Assembly (NCBI RefSeq): GCF_006345805.1
Contig: NC_043024.1
Location: forward strand, 17,980,001-18,044,000
Reading direction: 5' to 3'
Source of the DNA: Octopus sinensis
Lineage: Eukaryota
DNA length: 64,000 nt
Under the pieces are notes generated by a model. That model did no database searches and was not told the origin of the DNA. It worked only from the letters and a program-made list of their open reading frames with translations. A program made the translations under genes and the position numbers. Below are positions 49,061 through 61,534 of this stretch, piece by piece. The stretch's first letter is position 1; each line of letters starts with the position of its first letter.

Positions 49061-49334
49061 CTTTTTATGTGGGGGGGGGGGTGCAGAAATATATAGGGGA
49101 GCACCAGTGGGGAGGGGTGGTTCAGAGAAATGATGACAGGTTCTAGGCAAGTAGAACGTAGGATATCAAGAGAGGGGTAATGCATGGTGAAATAGCGTGT
49201 TGAAGAGGGGGGTTCGAAGAGTAGACACCTATAATGGTGGTGGGAGAAGCGACATCCGGTATAGATGGAACAAAAATAGAGATATCCGGTATTGGTGGTG
49301 GGGGTGGGCAAGGGCGGGTGCACCGGGAATATGC

Positions 49335-49822
49335 GAAGGTTGAACTTTAGAGAAACGGGCGGGAATGGCGATGTTTTTAGGGTGGCATATAGAAAGAAAA
49401 GGAAAGCAAAGCAGATTGGTGGTTATAAGTTCAAAACATTTAAACGGTAGACAAATGTATGTATGTATGAAAAAGAAGGGAGAAATCTTCTTAGCTTGCT
49501 TATGGACATCGCTGTAAGTCGGGGAAGAAATGATAGTGAATGGTGGAGATCGAAATAAAGGATTGAAGGTTGAACTTTAGAGAAACGGGCGGGAATGGCG
49601 ATGTTTTTAGGGTGGCATATAGAAAGAAAAGGAAAGCAAAGCAGATTGGTGGTTATAAGTTCAAAACATTTAAACGGTAGACAAATGTATGTATGTATGA
49701 AAAAGAAGGGAGAAATCTTCTTAGCTTGCTTATGGACATCGCTGTAAGTCGGGGAAGAAATGATAGTGAATGGTGGAGATCGAAATAAAGGATTGAAGGT
49801 TGAACTTTAGAGAAACGGGCGG

Positions 49823-49827
<5 letters not shown>
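49335..49827. repeat. Perfect 230-bp tandem repeat, ~2.1 copies
   Basis: GAAGGTTGAACTTTAGAGAAACGGGCGGGAAT starts at 49335, 49565 and 49795. Confidence 0.95.
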
Positions 49828-49870
<43 letters not shown>

Positions 49871-50002
49871 GAAATATAAAAATTACTAAGTCTCTCTAAA
49901 AGAGATTACAGCAGCGTTACTGGAAATACTACGGCAGCGTTACTAGGTAAATAAAACCTTCGAACAGAGACGATCAGTGGCGACACCTGTTGGGTCGACT
50001 AT

Positions 50003-50045
50003 GCTACATTGACAAAGGGCAAATACCCTGAAACGCGTCTGTAGC
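50003..50045 (+). ncRNA. Type I hammerhead ribozyme, U3-A8 core variant
   Basis: GCTACA TTGACAA AGGG CAAATA CCCT GAAAC GC GTC TGTAGC: 6-bp helix I, 4-bp helix II, palindromic ACGCGT helix III, GUC site (C50039). Confidence 0.65.
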
Positions 50046-50239
50046 TGTCGGACTGGCAGTGTGAAGCGGCTGACCTCCCTTGTTCGAAGGTTATAATGGA
50101 CACAGTTTGTGTGTCAAATAGCTATCTTAAGGCGATGGCCTCATGGAGCTAACCAGTGACAGCTTTTAGTCTTATATCTATAAGACTGCCATATTAATAT
50201 GGCGATAACAATTAATATATATACATATATATATATATA

Positions 50240-50558
50240 TTTGAATGTTGGACCTCATAGAGGTGATAACAAGTGACAGAGAACCTTGGTGATATGCTGT
50301 ACTTGAGAAGACTCATCGAGCCAAGCGAAATCATAACCATGGCCATCGGCCATGTCATGTAAATGGCACCCATGCCAGTGGCACATAAAAAGCACCCATT
50401 ACTCTCTGAGTGGTTGGCATTAGGAAGGGCATCAAGTAATAGGAACCATGCCAAATCAAACTGGAGTCTGGTGCAGTTCTCCAGCTTACCAATTCCAGTC
50501 AAATCATCTAACCCATGCCAACATGGAAAGCAGACATTAAATGATGATGATGATGATG

Positions 50559-50560
<2 letters not shown>
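50240..50560 (+). mobile_element. RTE 3' end fragment
   Basis: ORF-end remnant plus UTR and (GAT)n tail. Confidence 0.75.
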
Positions 50561-50589
<29 letters not shown>

Positions 50590-50605
50590 TATATACATAT
50601 ATATA

Positions 50606-51311
50606 TGGGATGAGGTGGTGAAGCATGACCTTCAAATATTAGGCCTCACCAAGTCAATGACTAGTGATCGAGACCTTTGGAAATATTCAGTGCGTGAGGA
50701 GACCTGGCAAGCCAAGTGAAACCATAGCCTGTGGCCTATGCCAGGGGTGTAAACAGCTCACTTATGGGTACCTTTCCTTCATTGGACACTAAACTCTGCT
50801 TGTGAAGACCTGTTGAGGCAAGTGAAATCGAAATCAAATCAAATTCGCAAATTCAAAGACTGGCACCTGTGCTAGTGGAGCGCTAAGAGCACCATCCAAG
50901 CATGATTGTTGTCAGAGCAGCTGACTGGCTTCCATGCTGGTGGCACGTAAAAAGCACCATTCAAATGTGATCATTACCAGCATCGCCTTACTGGCACTTG
51001 TGCTGGTGGCACATGAATAAACATTCAAGTGAGGTCGTTGCCAGTGCCACTAGACTGGCTCCTATGCAGGGGGCACATAAAAAACACCACTTGAGCTTGG
51101 CCATTGCCAGTACAGCCTGACTGGCTCTCATGCTGGTGACAGGTAAAATCACTCACTACACACTCGGAGTGGTTGGCATTAGGAAGGGCATCCAACTGTA
51201 GAACCTCTGCCAGATCAGATTGGAGCCTGGTGCAGCCATCTAGTTTGCCAGTCCTCAGTCAAATCGTCCAACCCATGCTAGCTTGGAAAGCGGACATTAA
51301 ACGATGATGAT
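50606..51311 (+). mobile_element. RTE 3' fragment with ~5-unit UTR repeat array
   Basis: WDEVVKHDLQILGLTKSMTSDRDLWKYSVREETWQAK* followed by the UTR and tail. Confidence 0.9.
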
Positions 51312-51446
51312 ATATATATAACTTGTTGCAAAGACCCTCTTTGTTTTAATTATATAAACTTTTACCGAATATGGTCCTTTTCCATACCGAAACACTACTT
51401 GGTGAAATTTGTTGATTTTATTAAATTAATTATATTTCACCCTTTA

Positions 51447-51487
<41 letters not shown>

Positions 51488-51773
51488 ATAGATAGATAGA
51501 TATATGAATAAGCATTATAGAAGAAAACGGAGAAATTGATGCATAGACATTAGTTTATTGAAGGATATTCCACTTATGACAAAATGAAATTTTTATCCCT
51601 TCAGCTATTTCCCTATCCAATTAGTTCAATTAGAGAAATTGAATTAATTTAAAATTTTCAAATTGAAACTCGTTAATTGGGCATTTCATCAGGTATAAAC
51701 CAGAGAATTGGGATGCAAACATCCATTAAAGAATTATAGGTCCTGAAAGGATTGTAAGTCCTTGGCTTGATTT

Positions 51774-51841
<68 letters not shown>

Positions 51842-52241
51842 GTATTATGTATGTATGTATGTATGTATGTATGTATGTATGTATGCATGCATGCATGTAA
51901 TAAGTAGGGGGCTCTGAAAGAGGTCTCAAGGAGTAGTATCCCTGCCTTCCTGAGCTAATTTTCCACCACATTTCTTAAAAATCATGGTAGAGGTATTGGT
52001 CTCAGGACCACTCATGTCTAGAAACTGAGGTTTCAGGTAAGCAAGGGCATGCTTCCCATAGAAAATCCAGCTCCAAAAAAGCCTCATGATAGCAAAGGAG
52101 AATAGGCACCAGCCAGCCTAAATGTTGGGGTAGGCTGCACCTGCGTCCCTCAGTTGCTATGGCATTGAGGTAGATCTGTCCACCCCCATTAATGGGGACA
52201 AAACCTGAATTTAAAACACTAGGTGATGATGATGATGATAA

Positions 52242-52294
<53 letters not shown>

Positions 52295-53125
52295 AAAGGC
52301 TACTTTCAGTTTCTGTTTGCCAGATCCATTCACAAGTAGAAGACGCTTGCCAAGGTGCCATGTAGTGAGTCTGATGCTGGAACCATGTGATGGATAAACA
52401 AACCTCTTACCACATTGTCATGCATACAACTATTAAATAACTCATTATTCTGAAGCACTATTTTCTACAACTATGACCCCAAAACTCATGACATGAGTCT
52501 TACGCCTTATTTTTTCCCACTTCACCTCACTGCACCCCATCCTCATTCAGACATTTCACAAAATTCCTGGAGAAGGTCACAGATTCTGACCTTTCTTGCC
52601 TGACTTAAGATATTAAAAGAATTAATAAAGAAAAAAGAAAAACATAAAGATATAGAAAAGAAATTTGGTGACATTCTGGAGTTGATGGTCAAAAATTTAA
52701 TTCAATTTATTTTCATCATTGTTGCTCATAGAATTGCATTGTTTGTGATGTGGTTAATAATATTTTTGAAATCTATTTTCTTAGTAATTAAAAAGAAAAT
52801 CATTTCTTTAATTACGTTGTTTTTTTTTGGGGGGGGGTTGTATTTTTAATCATTCTATTTATTATTTTTTTGTTTATTATTAAAATTGAATCAAATTAAA
52901 ATGAAGAGTATAAAAAATTTGGATGCACATGTGTATATATGTGTGTGTGTGTGTGTGTGTGCGGATACATAGGCACACGCACACATACATACATACATAC
53001 ATACTTACATACATACATACATACATATATGTATGTATGTATATGTTGATAAATATTTATATCTGCATATATAGATATATACAAACATATACACACACAC
53101 AAGAACATATGTAGCTCACATATAG

Positions 53126-53215
<90 letters not shown>

Positions 53216-53316
53216 GGAGTAAACATATAAATGTGAAACAAGGTGGAAAAAAGAGTACTCAAATACCAGGGGTAGAGTAATATGCTTTATTTAAAAGCAG
53301 CAGAAATTCAACAAAT

Positions 53317-53354
53317 CTGTTACTCAGAGTTTCACGTTCCCGTTCGTCGGACAG
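53317..53354 (-). ncRNA. Hammerhead-like motif, U4C variant (copy 1)
   Basis: Reverse complement: CTGT CCGACGA ACG GGAA CGT GAAAC TCTGA GTA ACAG. Confidence 0.55.
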
Positions 53355-53619
53355 TTTTGTTAAATATATATATATATGTGTGTGTGTGTGCATATATATA
53401 TTTATACATGTATTTATACACACGCACATACACATACATATCTTTTTGCATATTATATATGTGTGTGCTTGTCTGTGTATTAAATAGAGACATTGTTCCA
53501 TAACTGTAACTGAGACTAAAGAACAAGAAATGAAAATAGGAAATTAACCATTTCAGAACAAAAAATAAATACACTAGCGTTTTTTATGTGTGTGTGCATA
53601 TATATATGTGTGTGTGTGT

Positions 53620-53665
<46 letters not shown>

Positions 53666-54496
53666 AAAGGCTACTTTCAGTTTCTGTTTGCCAGATCCAT
53701 TCACAAGTAGAAGACGCTTGCCAAGGTGCCATGTAGTGAGTCTGATGCTGGAACCATGTGATGGATAAACAAACCTCTTACCACATTGTCATGCATACAA
53801 CTATTAAATAACTCATTATTCTGAAGCACTATTTTCTACAACTATGACCCCAAAACTCATGACATGAGTCTTACGCCTTATTTTTTCCCACTTCACCTCA
53901 CTGCACCCCATCCTCATTCAGACATTTCACAAAATTCCTGGAGAAGGTCACAGATTCTGACCTTTCTTGCCTGACTTAAGATATTAAAAGAATTAATAAA
54001 GAAAAAAGAAAAACATAAAGATATAGAAAAGAAATTTGGTGACATTCTGGAGTTGATGGTCAAAAATTTAATTCAATTTATTTTCATCATTGTTGCTCAT
54101 AGAATTGCATTGTTTGTGATGTGGTTAATAATATTTTTGAAATCTATTTTCTTAGTAATTAAAAAGAAAATCATTTCTTTAATTACGTTGTTTTTTTTTG
54201 GGGGGGGGTTGTATTTTTAATCATTCTATTTATTATTTTTTTGTTTATTATTAAAATTGAATCAAATTAAAATGAAGAGTATAAAAAATTTGGATGCACA
54301 TGTGTATATATGTGTGTGTGTGTGTGTGTGTGCGGATACATAGGCACACGCACACATACATACATACATACATACTTACATACATACATACATACATATA
54401 TGTATGTATGTATATGTTGATAAATATTTATATCTGCATATATAGATATATACAAACATATACACACACACAAGAACATATGTAGCTCACATATAG

Positions 54497-54574
<78 letters not shown>

Positions 54575-54675
54575 GGAGTAAACATATAAATGTGAAACAA
54601 GGTGGAAAAAAGAGTACTCAAATACCAGGGGTAGAGTAATATGCTTTATTTAAAAGCAGCAGAAATTCAACAAAT

Positions 54676-54713
54676 CTGTTACTCAGAGTTTCACGTTCCC
54701 GTTCGTCGGACAG
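54676..54713 (-). ncRNA. Hammerhead-like motif, U4C variant (copy 2)
   Basis: Identical to 53317-53354. Confidence 0.55.
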
Positions 54714-54956
54714 TTTTGTTAAATATATATATATATGTGTGTGTGTGTGCATATATATATTTATACATGTATTTATACACACGCACATACACATACATAT
54801 CTTTTTGCATATTATATATGTGTGTGCTTGTCTGTGTATTAAATAGAGACATTGTTCCATAACTGTAACTGAGACTAAAGAACAAGAAATGAAAATAGGA
54901 AATTAACCATTTCAGAACAAAAAATAAATACACTAGCGTTTTTTATGTGTGTGTGC

Positions 54957-54988
<32 letters not shown>

Positions 54989-55179
54989 ATATATAACATG
55001 TTCATAAGGACTACATAGAGTGATCGATGGGGGTGGAAAGGAAGTTCAAGATTAACAGAATCAATTTTGGTAGTTTTGTGTATATTTCTTCCCTCCCTCT
55101 TCTTTACACACACGTACACACACATACACGTATATGCATACATACATATATATATATATATATTATACATACATATATA

Positions 55180-56490
55180 TAGGTGCAGGCATGGCTGTGC
55201 AGTAAGTAGCTTGCTTCCCAACCACGTGGTTCTGGGTTCAGTCCCACTGTGTGAAACCTTGGGCAAGTGTCTTCTACTATAGCCTTGGGCCGACCAAAGC
55301 CTTGTGAGTTGATTTGGTAGATGGAAACAGAAAGAAGTCCATCATATATATATATATATATATATGTAAGCTCACAAGAAATGAAGCCAGTATGCTCCGT
55401 TGGATGTGTAATGTCAGTGTTCATACCCGACAGAGTGTAAGTGCCTTGAGAGAAAAGTTGGACCTAAGAAGCACCAGATGTGGTGTGCGAGAGAGGCGTC
55501 TACGCTGGTATGGACACGTAGTAAGAATGGATGAAGATAGTTGTGTGAAAAAGTGCCACACCCTAGCAGTTGAGGGAACCTGTGGAAGAGGTAGACCCAG
55601 GAAAACCTGGGACGAGGTGATGAAGAACGACCTTCGCTCTTTAGGTCTCACCGAGAAAATGACCAGAGACCGAGACTTTTGGAAGTATGCTGTGTGCGAG
55701 AAGACCCGGCAGGACAAGTGAGGACATAACCCATGGCCCCTACCTGGGACGTAGTCAGTCCACCTGTGCATACCTCCCTTCTTGGGACACATAACTCTAC
55801 TTGTGAAGACCTGTTGAGGCAAGTGAAAATCAAAAATCAAAGTATCAAATCAAAATCGATGAACATCAATGGAATTTGTAGTTTTGTGGTACCAGTGCCG
55901 GTGGCACATAAGAAAACCATCTGAACGTGGCCGTAGCCAGTTCCGCATCGACTGGCTCCATGCTGGTGGCACGTAACAAACACCATCCGATCGTGGCCGT
56001 GCCAGCCTCGCCTGGCCTCCATGCCGGTGGCACGTAAAAAACACCATCCGAGCATGGCCGTTCGCCAGCCTCGTCTGGCACCTGTGTCGGTGGCACATAA
56101 AAAGCACCCACTACACTCACGGAGTGGTTGGCGTTAGGAAGGGCATCCAGCTGTAGAAACACTGCCAGATCTGACTGGCCTGGTGCAGCCTTCGGGCTTC
56201 CCAGACCCCAGTTGAACCATCCAACCCATGCTAGCATGGAAAGCGGATGTTAAACAATGAGGATGATGATGATGATACACACACACACACGTATATATGT
56301 ATATGTTTGTGTGTCTGTGTTTGTCCCCCCACCAACGCTTGACAGCCAATGTTGGTGTGTTTATGTCCCTGTAACTTAGCGGTTCAGATAGAATAAGTAC
56401 TAGGCTCATAAAGAATAAGTCTTGGGGTTGATTTGTTCGGCTGAAGGTGGTGCTCCAGCATGGCCACAGTCAAATGACTGAAACAAATAA
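55180..56490 (+). mobile_element. SINE family A split by an RTE insertion
   Basis: Head at 55180-55340 and tail at 56290-56490; the RTE sits in the central microsatellite. Confidence 0.85.
55366..56276 (+). mobile_element. RTE-clade LINE, 5'-truncated
   Basis: KLTRNEASMLRWMCNV..LRWYGHVVRM..GRGRPRKTWDEV..KTRQDK*; the UTR is an inverted homologue of 31360-31920. Confidence 0.95.
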
Positions 56491-56889
56491 AAGAATATAT
56501 AGAGACATATATCTATATGTGTGTGTATGCATACATAGACATAGACATACATACATGTGCATACACACATATTTGCCTGCACACACACACACACATATAC
56601 AGTTGTACACACTAATACACACCTAAAATTTGTTAAATTATTGAAATCAATATTTGTTTGAACTCAGGAACTTCCACAATATTTCATCGGAAAAGGAAAA
56701 AAAACGAAAACAACGAAAAAATAAAGAACCATCTGAAAAATCAGTAAAGTTTTTTTAATGGAGAAACATTTAGAAAAACACCAAAAATATTTGTTTTTAC
56801 TTGGAGGGAGGGAGTAGTTATTTTATATATATAGAAGATATATATATATATATATATACATGATATATATATATATATATATTATATAT

Positions 56890-56931
<42 letters not shown>

Positions 56932-57079
56932 CAAAGGGGTGAGAGAGAGATAAACACACACATATATATATATATATTGTTTTTCTGTTTTAAAGATTTT
57001 AGGAAAAATTTTCAGAGAAAGAAACAAAGATGTTTTTGTTATTGTTATTGGGTTGTTTGTTGATCATCTCATTCGCTTT

Positions 57080-57700
57080 TTCCTTCAACTCTTTCTTCTT
57101 CTTCTTCTTCTTCTTCTTCTTCTTCTTCTTCTTCTTTCTCTTTTTCTTCTTTTTCTTCTTCTTTTTCTTCTTCTTCTTTTTCTTCTTCTTTTTCTACTTC
57201 TTCTTCTTCTTTTTCTTCTTTTCATTTATCTTATATTTCTTCATTCTTCTAGTTTCTTTTTTTTCTCCATCATTTTCTTTTCCCTCCCTTATCTTCATTC
57301 TGTCTTCTGCTTCTTCTTCTTCTCCTTCTTCTTCTTCTTCTTTTTCTTCTTTTTCTTCTTCTTTTTCTTCTTCTTTCTCTTTTTCTTCTTTTTCTTCTTT
57401 TTCTTCTTCTTTTTCTTCTTCTTCTTCTTCTTCTTTTCATTTATCTTATATTTCTTCATTCTTCTAGTTTCTTTTTTTTCTCCATCATTTTCTTTTCCCT
57501 CCATTATCTTCATTCTGTCTTCTGCTTCTTCTTCTTCTCCTCCTTCTTCTTCTTGTTTTTCTTCTTTTTCTCCTTCCCCATTCTTTTTTTTCTTCTCGTC
57601 CTCTTCATTCATCTTCTTTGTCTTCTGCTTCTTTTCCTTCTCTATTCTTCCTCCCCTCTTCCTTCTTCCCTTCTCTTCTTCCTTGTTCTTCCTCCCCCCA
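57080..57700. repeat. (TTC)n polypyrimidine tract with a ~216-bp internal duplication
   Basis: TTTTCATTTATCTTATATTTCTTCATTCTTCTAG occurs near 57219 and 57435. Confidence 0.9.
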
Positions 57701-57956
57701 TTCTTCTCTTCTTGCCATTCCTTACTGTTCCCCACCACTAACACAACCACCAACTCCATTCCATTCTTGGACTCTTCCCAATACCAAATCAGATAATATA
57801 TTGGACCCTCACTTAACTCTACTTCAGTTCCAGAAAAGGGGTCACCATGGTTGATCCTCACAACCCATTACTCATTTCAGCATAGCTGATTCTGAGTTAG
57901 AAAGGGTTGTAGGAGGGAGACAGACAGAGAAAAACAAACCCTGCCCTCCTCCCACT

Positions 57957-58070
57957 TATTGACCCCTGGAGGACAAAGGACAAAGCTTGTACTTTACATA
58001 TTGACTCCTAGAGGACAAAGGACAAAGCTTGTACTTTACTTATTGACCCCTGAAGGACAAATGACAAAAT
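57957..58070. repeat. 42-bp tandem repeat x2.6 derived from the SINE B central domain
   Basis: TATTGAC(C/T)CCT..AGGACAAA starts at 57957, 57999 and 58041. Confidence 0.85.
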
Positions 58071-58199
58071 TGACTTCAGCAGGATTAGAACTCAGACTGC
58101 TGAGAAGCAGAATGCTACATGGCATTGCGTTTGGCATTCTGATGACTTTGTGTATCCAATGCACTGTGTATCCAAGATGGACATTGCCTGGAGATGGAG

Positions 58200-58470
58200 T
58201 GAAGCTACATGGCGTAGTGGTTAGAGTATTCGGTTCATGCTCATAGGGTTGTGAGTTCAATTTTCAGTGGTGCATTATTGCGCCAGTTCACTCAGCTGGC
58301 AAAAATGAGTTGTAGCTGTAATGCAAAGGGGCCAGCCTTGTCACACTCTCTGACATACTGAATCTCCCTGAGAACTACATTTAGGGTACACACGTGTTTG
58401 TGGAGTGCTCCACTGCTGATACATTAATTTCATGAGCAGGCTATTTGGTGGAGCAGATCAACCAGGACCC
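58200..58470 (+). mobile_element. SINE family C
   Basis: ATGGCGTAGTGGTTAGAGTATTCGG..GAGTTCAATT head; tail as in 39600-39790. Confidence 0.75.
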
Positions 58471-58620
58471 TATTTGTCTGTCTACCTATCTATCTATCCA
58501 TCTATCTATCTTATCTATCTATCTATGTATCTATATATCTATCTTATCTATCTATCTGTCTGTCTGTCTGTCTATCTATCGATCTATCTGTCTATCTGTC
58601 AGTCTATCTATCTATCTATC

Positions 58621-58661
<41 letters not shown>

Positions 58662-58796
58662 ATATCTGTCTGTCTGCTTATCTCTCTATCTATCTATCTT
58701 TCCGTCTATCTATCCATCTGTCAGTCGGTCTAACTATCCATCTGTCAGTCGGTCTATCTATCTATCTATCTGTCTGTCTGTCTGTCTGTCTGTCTT

Positions 58797-58846
<50 letters not shown>

Positions 58847-58920
58847 CATCTATCTATCTGAATGTCTATCTATTTATCTATCTGTCTGTCTTGTCTGTCT
58901 GTCTACCTATTGACTTATCT
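58470..58920. repeat. (TATC)n/(TGTC)n tract
   Basis: Seen directly in the sequence. Confidence 0.95.
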
Positions 58921-59869
58921 ACACTTTATTTCACTTTGCTCTGGGCCACCCTGCTGGCAAAAATAAGATGTACCTTTAATTCCAAAGGGCCAACCATGTC
59001 ACATTCTATATCATGCTGAATCTCCCATGTGTCTGCGGAGTACTCAGCCACTTACACATTAATTTCATGAGCAAGCTGTTCCATTAATTGGATCAGTTGA
59101 AGAAAACCTCATCATTGTGACTAATGAAGGACTAGTTAGCTTGAGGATGAGAGAAAGTGGCAGCTAGAATGCTTTTGATCAGGACAGGTTTGCTAGTCCT
59201 GTTTGTGTTGACCTGGGGTTAAACAACAACAGCAATACTCTAATATTTCTGTCCAGTGTGAGAGGAATAAATATATTTAAGAGAAGGAAGAGAGAGTGAG
59301 AAAGAAAAAGAACCGAAGAGAAAATGAGGAAAAGAGAGAGGGTGAGAGAGAGAGAGAAGGATAGAGTAGAGAAAACGTTTGAGGGATTTGAAAAGGGAAT
59401 AGAGAGAGGGGAGTGAGAGAGCGAAGGCGGGGTAGTAAGAGAGAGAGAGAGAGAGTAGAAAAAACGTTTGAGGGGGGTTTTAAAGATAATAGAGAGAGGG
59501 GGAGTGAGAAAGAGTGAGAGGGAGAAAGAAGGAAAGAGTCGAGAAAACATTTGAGATTTGAAAAGAGAATAGAGAGAGGCAGAGTGAGAGAGAAAGGGAG
59601 GAACAGAGAAAGAGCGAGAGAGAGAGAGATAGTGAATGATGAAGAAGAAGGTAAGAAAGAGAGAGGAAAGAGTGAGTAAAAAATGAGATTTTGTATTTTT
59701 TTTGTTTTGTTCCCTTTTGTTATAAAATGGTTTTTAAAAAAAAGACAAGCAATTCCATGGAGAGACATTATTGAATGTTTCCTTAATGAATTCAACAGAA
59801 GAAGTCTAGAATGTTCTTTAGAGAGTCTCGTTAACAACATACTGGCTCCTCAACAACAATCATTATATC

Positions 59870-60300
59870 ATTATTACTGTCACTGCCACCACCACCACCT
59901 CAACCACTGCCACTATGACTGCTGCCACCACCATTACCATCATCACCGCGACCACAACCACCACTTTCATAACCACTACTACTACTACCACCACCACTAC
60001 TACCACCACTCACAACCACTACTACTCCTACCTCCACCACCACCATTACAACTACTATCTCCATCATCACCACTACCATCACTATCACCACCACCACCCC
60101 ATAACAACCATTACTACCGACACTACTACTGCCACAACCATTACTACTACTACTACTATCACTGCCACCACCACCTTCTCCAGCAGGACTATCACACCCA
60201 TCACTGCAATACCATCACCACCACTAACATTACTACTGCTACTTCTGTGCCCCTACTACCACCACTACCACCACCATCATCATTAACAACAACAACCGAC
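59870..60300. repeat. (CAC/TAC/CAT)n compound trinucleotide tract
   Basis: Seen directly in the sequence. Confidence 0.9.
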
Positions 60301-60754
60301 CAATGAAAAACAGGGTTATACTCTCACTCATCCTGCTAGAAATAACAGCACAGTCTCCATCTTAATATAGAAAAGCTGTACTTGTGGTAGACCAGTTGAT
60401 GAGGACATGTGTTATATGGGAAGAGTTGCATGTTTTCTAGAAGGGCAGAGGGTATCAGATTGGTTTCTGGTTCTTTCTATAAACCCAGGCAAAGACAGGT
60501 GCTATAAATAATGATTATTACATCCTTTTCTTTATTGCAGTAAATTTGACCTACGGCTGTTTCCATAGATACGATATGTATGTACATATATACAATGGGC
60601 TTCTTTCAGTTTTCATTTACCAAATCCACTCACAAGGCTTTGGTCAGCCCAAGGCTATATTAGAAGACACTTGTCCAAGGTGCCATGCAGTAGGACTAAA
60701 CCCAGAACCATGCTTCTTACCGCACAGCCATGTCTGCACCTATCTTTTCTCTTA

Positions 60755-61120
60755 TATTTGTTTCACTCATTAGACTGTGGCCATGCTGGGGCACTCCTTT
60801 GAAGAACTTTTAGTTGAATGAATCAACCCCAGTACTTATTTTTTTTTATTTTTAAGCCTGGTATTTATTCTACTAGTCTCTTTTGTCAGACTGCTAAGTT
60901 ATGGGGACATAAACACACCAACACTGGTTGTCAAGCAGTGGTGGGTGACAAATACAGACACACATATATAGATATATGTGACTGGCTTCCTTCAGTTTCT
61001 GTCTATCAAATCCACTCACAAGGTTTTGGCCTAGGGCTATAGTGGAAGACACTTGTGCAAGGTGCCACACAGTGGGACTGAACCCAGAACTATTTGGTTG
61101 GGAAGCAAACTTCTTACTGC
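60755..61120 (-). mobile_element. SINE family A, near full length
   Basis: Collinear with 19270-19675. Confidence 0.8.
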
Positions 61121-61123
61121 ACA

Positions 61124-61493
61124 GGATGAAAGGCAAAATCGACCACGGTGGAATTTAAATGCAGAACATGATAACAGACAGTGTTGCTAAGCATTTCTCT
61201 CAGCATGCTAATGATTCTGCCAGCTCACCACCTTAATAATAATAATAATAATAATACTTTCTACTAAAGGCACAAGGCCTGAAATCTGGGAGGGGGGGAC
61301 CAGTTGATGACAGGCAATCCCAGTGTTTCACTGGTACTTAATTTATCAACCCTGAAGGGATAAAAGACAAAGTCAACCTTGGTGGAATTTGAACTTGGAA
61401 CATAGCAGTGGGCAAAATACCTCTAAGCATTTCAACCAGCATGCTAACGATTCTGCCAGCTTAATAGTGATGATGATGATGATGATGATGATG

Positions 61494-61534
<41 letters not shown>

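Larger units (their letters stand above)
52280..54990. repeat. Direct tandem duplication, ~1.36-kb unit x2
   Basis: Offset is 1371 bp before and 1359 bp after the (TA)n tract. The unique sequence appears identical and only microsatellite lengths differ. Confidence 0.95.

Noticed and set aside
57053-57861. Poly-F/L/S and poly-K/E ORFs
   Set aside because: Products of the (TTC)n tract.
59683-60306. 207-aa ORF with a protein-like N-terminus (IPWRDIIECFLNEF..) and His/Tyr-rich tail
   Set aside because: The tail is a trinucleotide repeat, and the N-terminal part has no convincing splice sites or recognisable motif.
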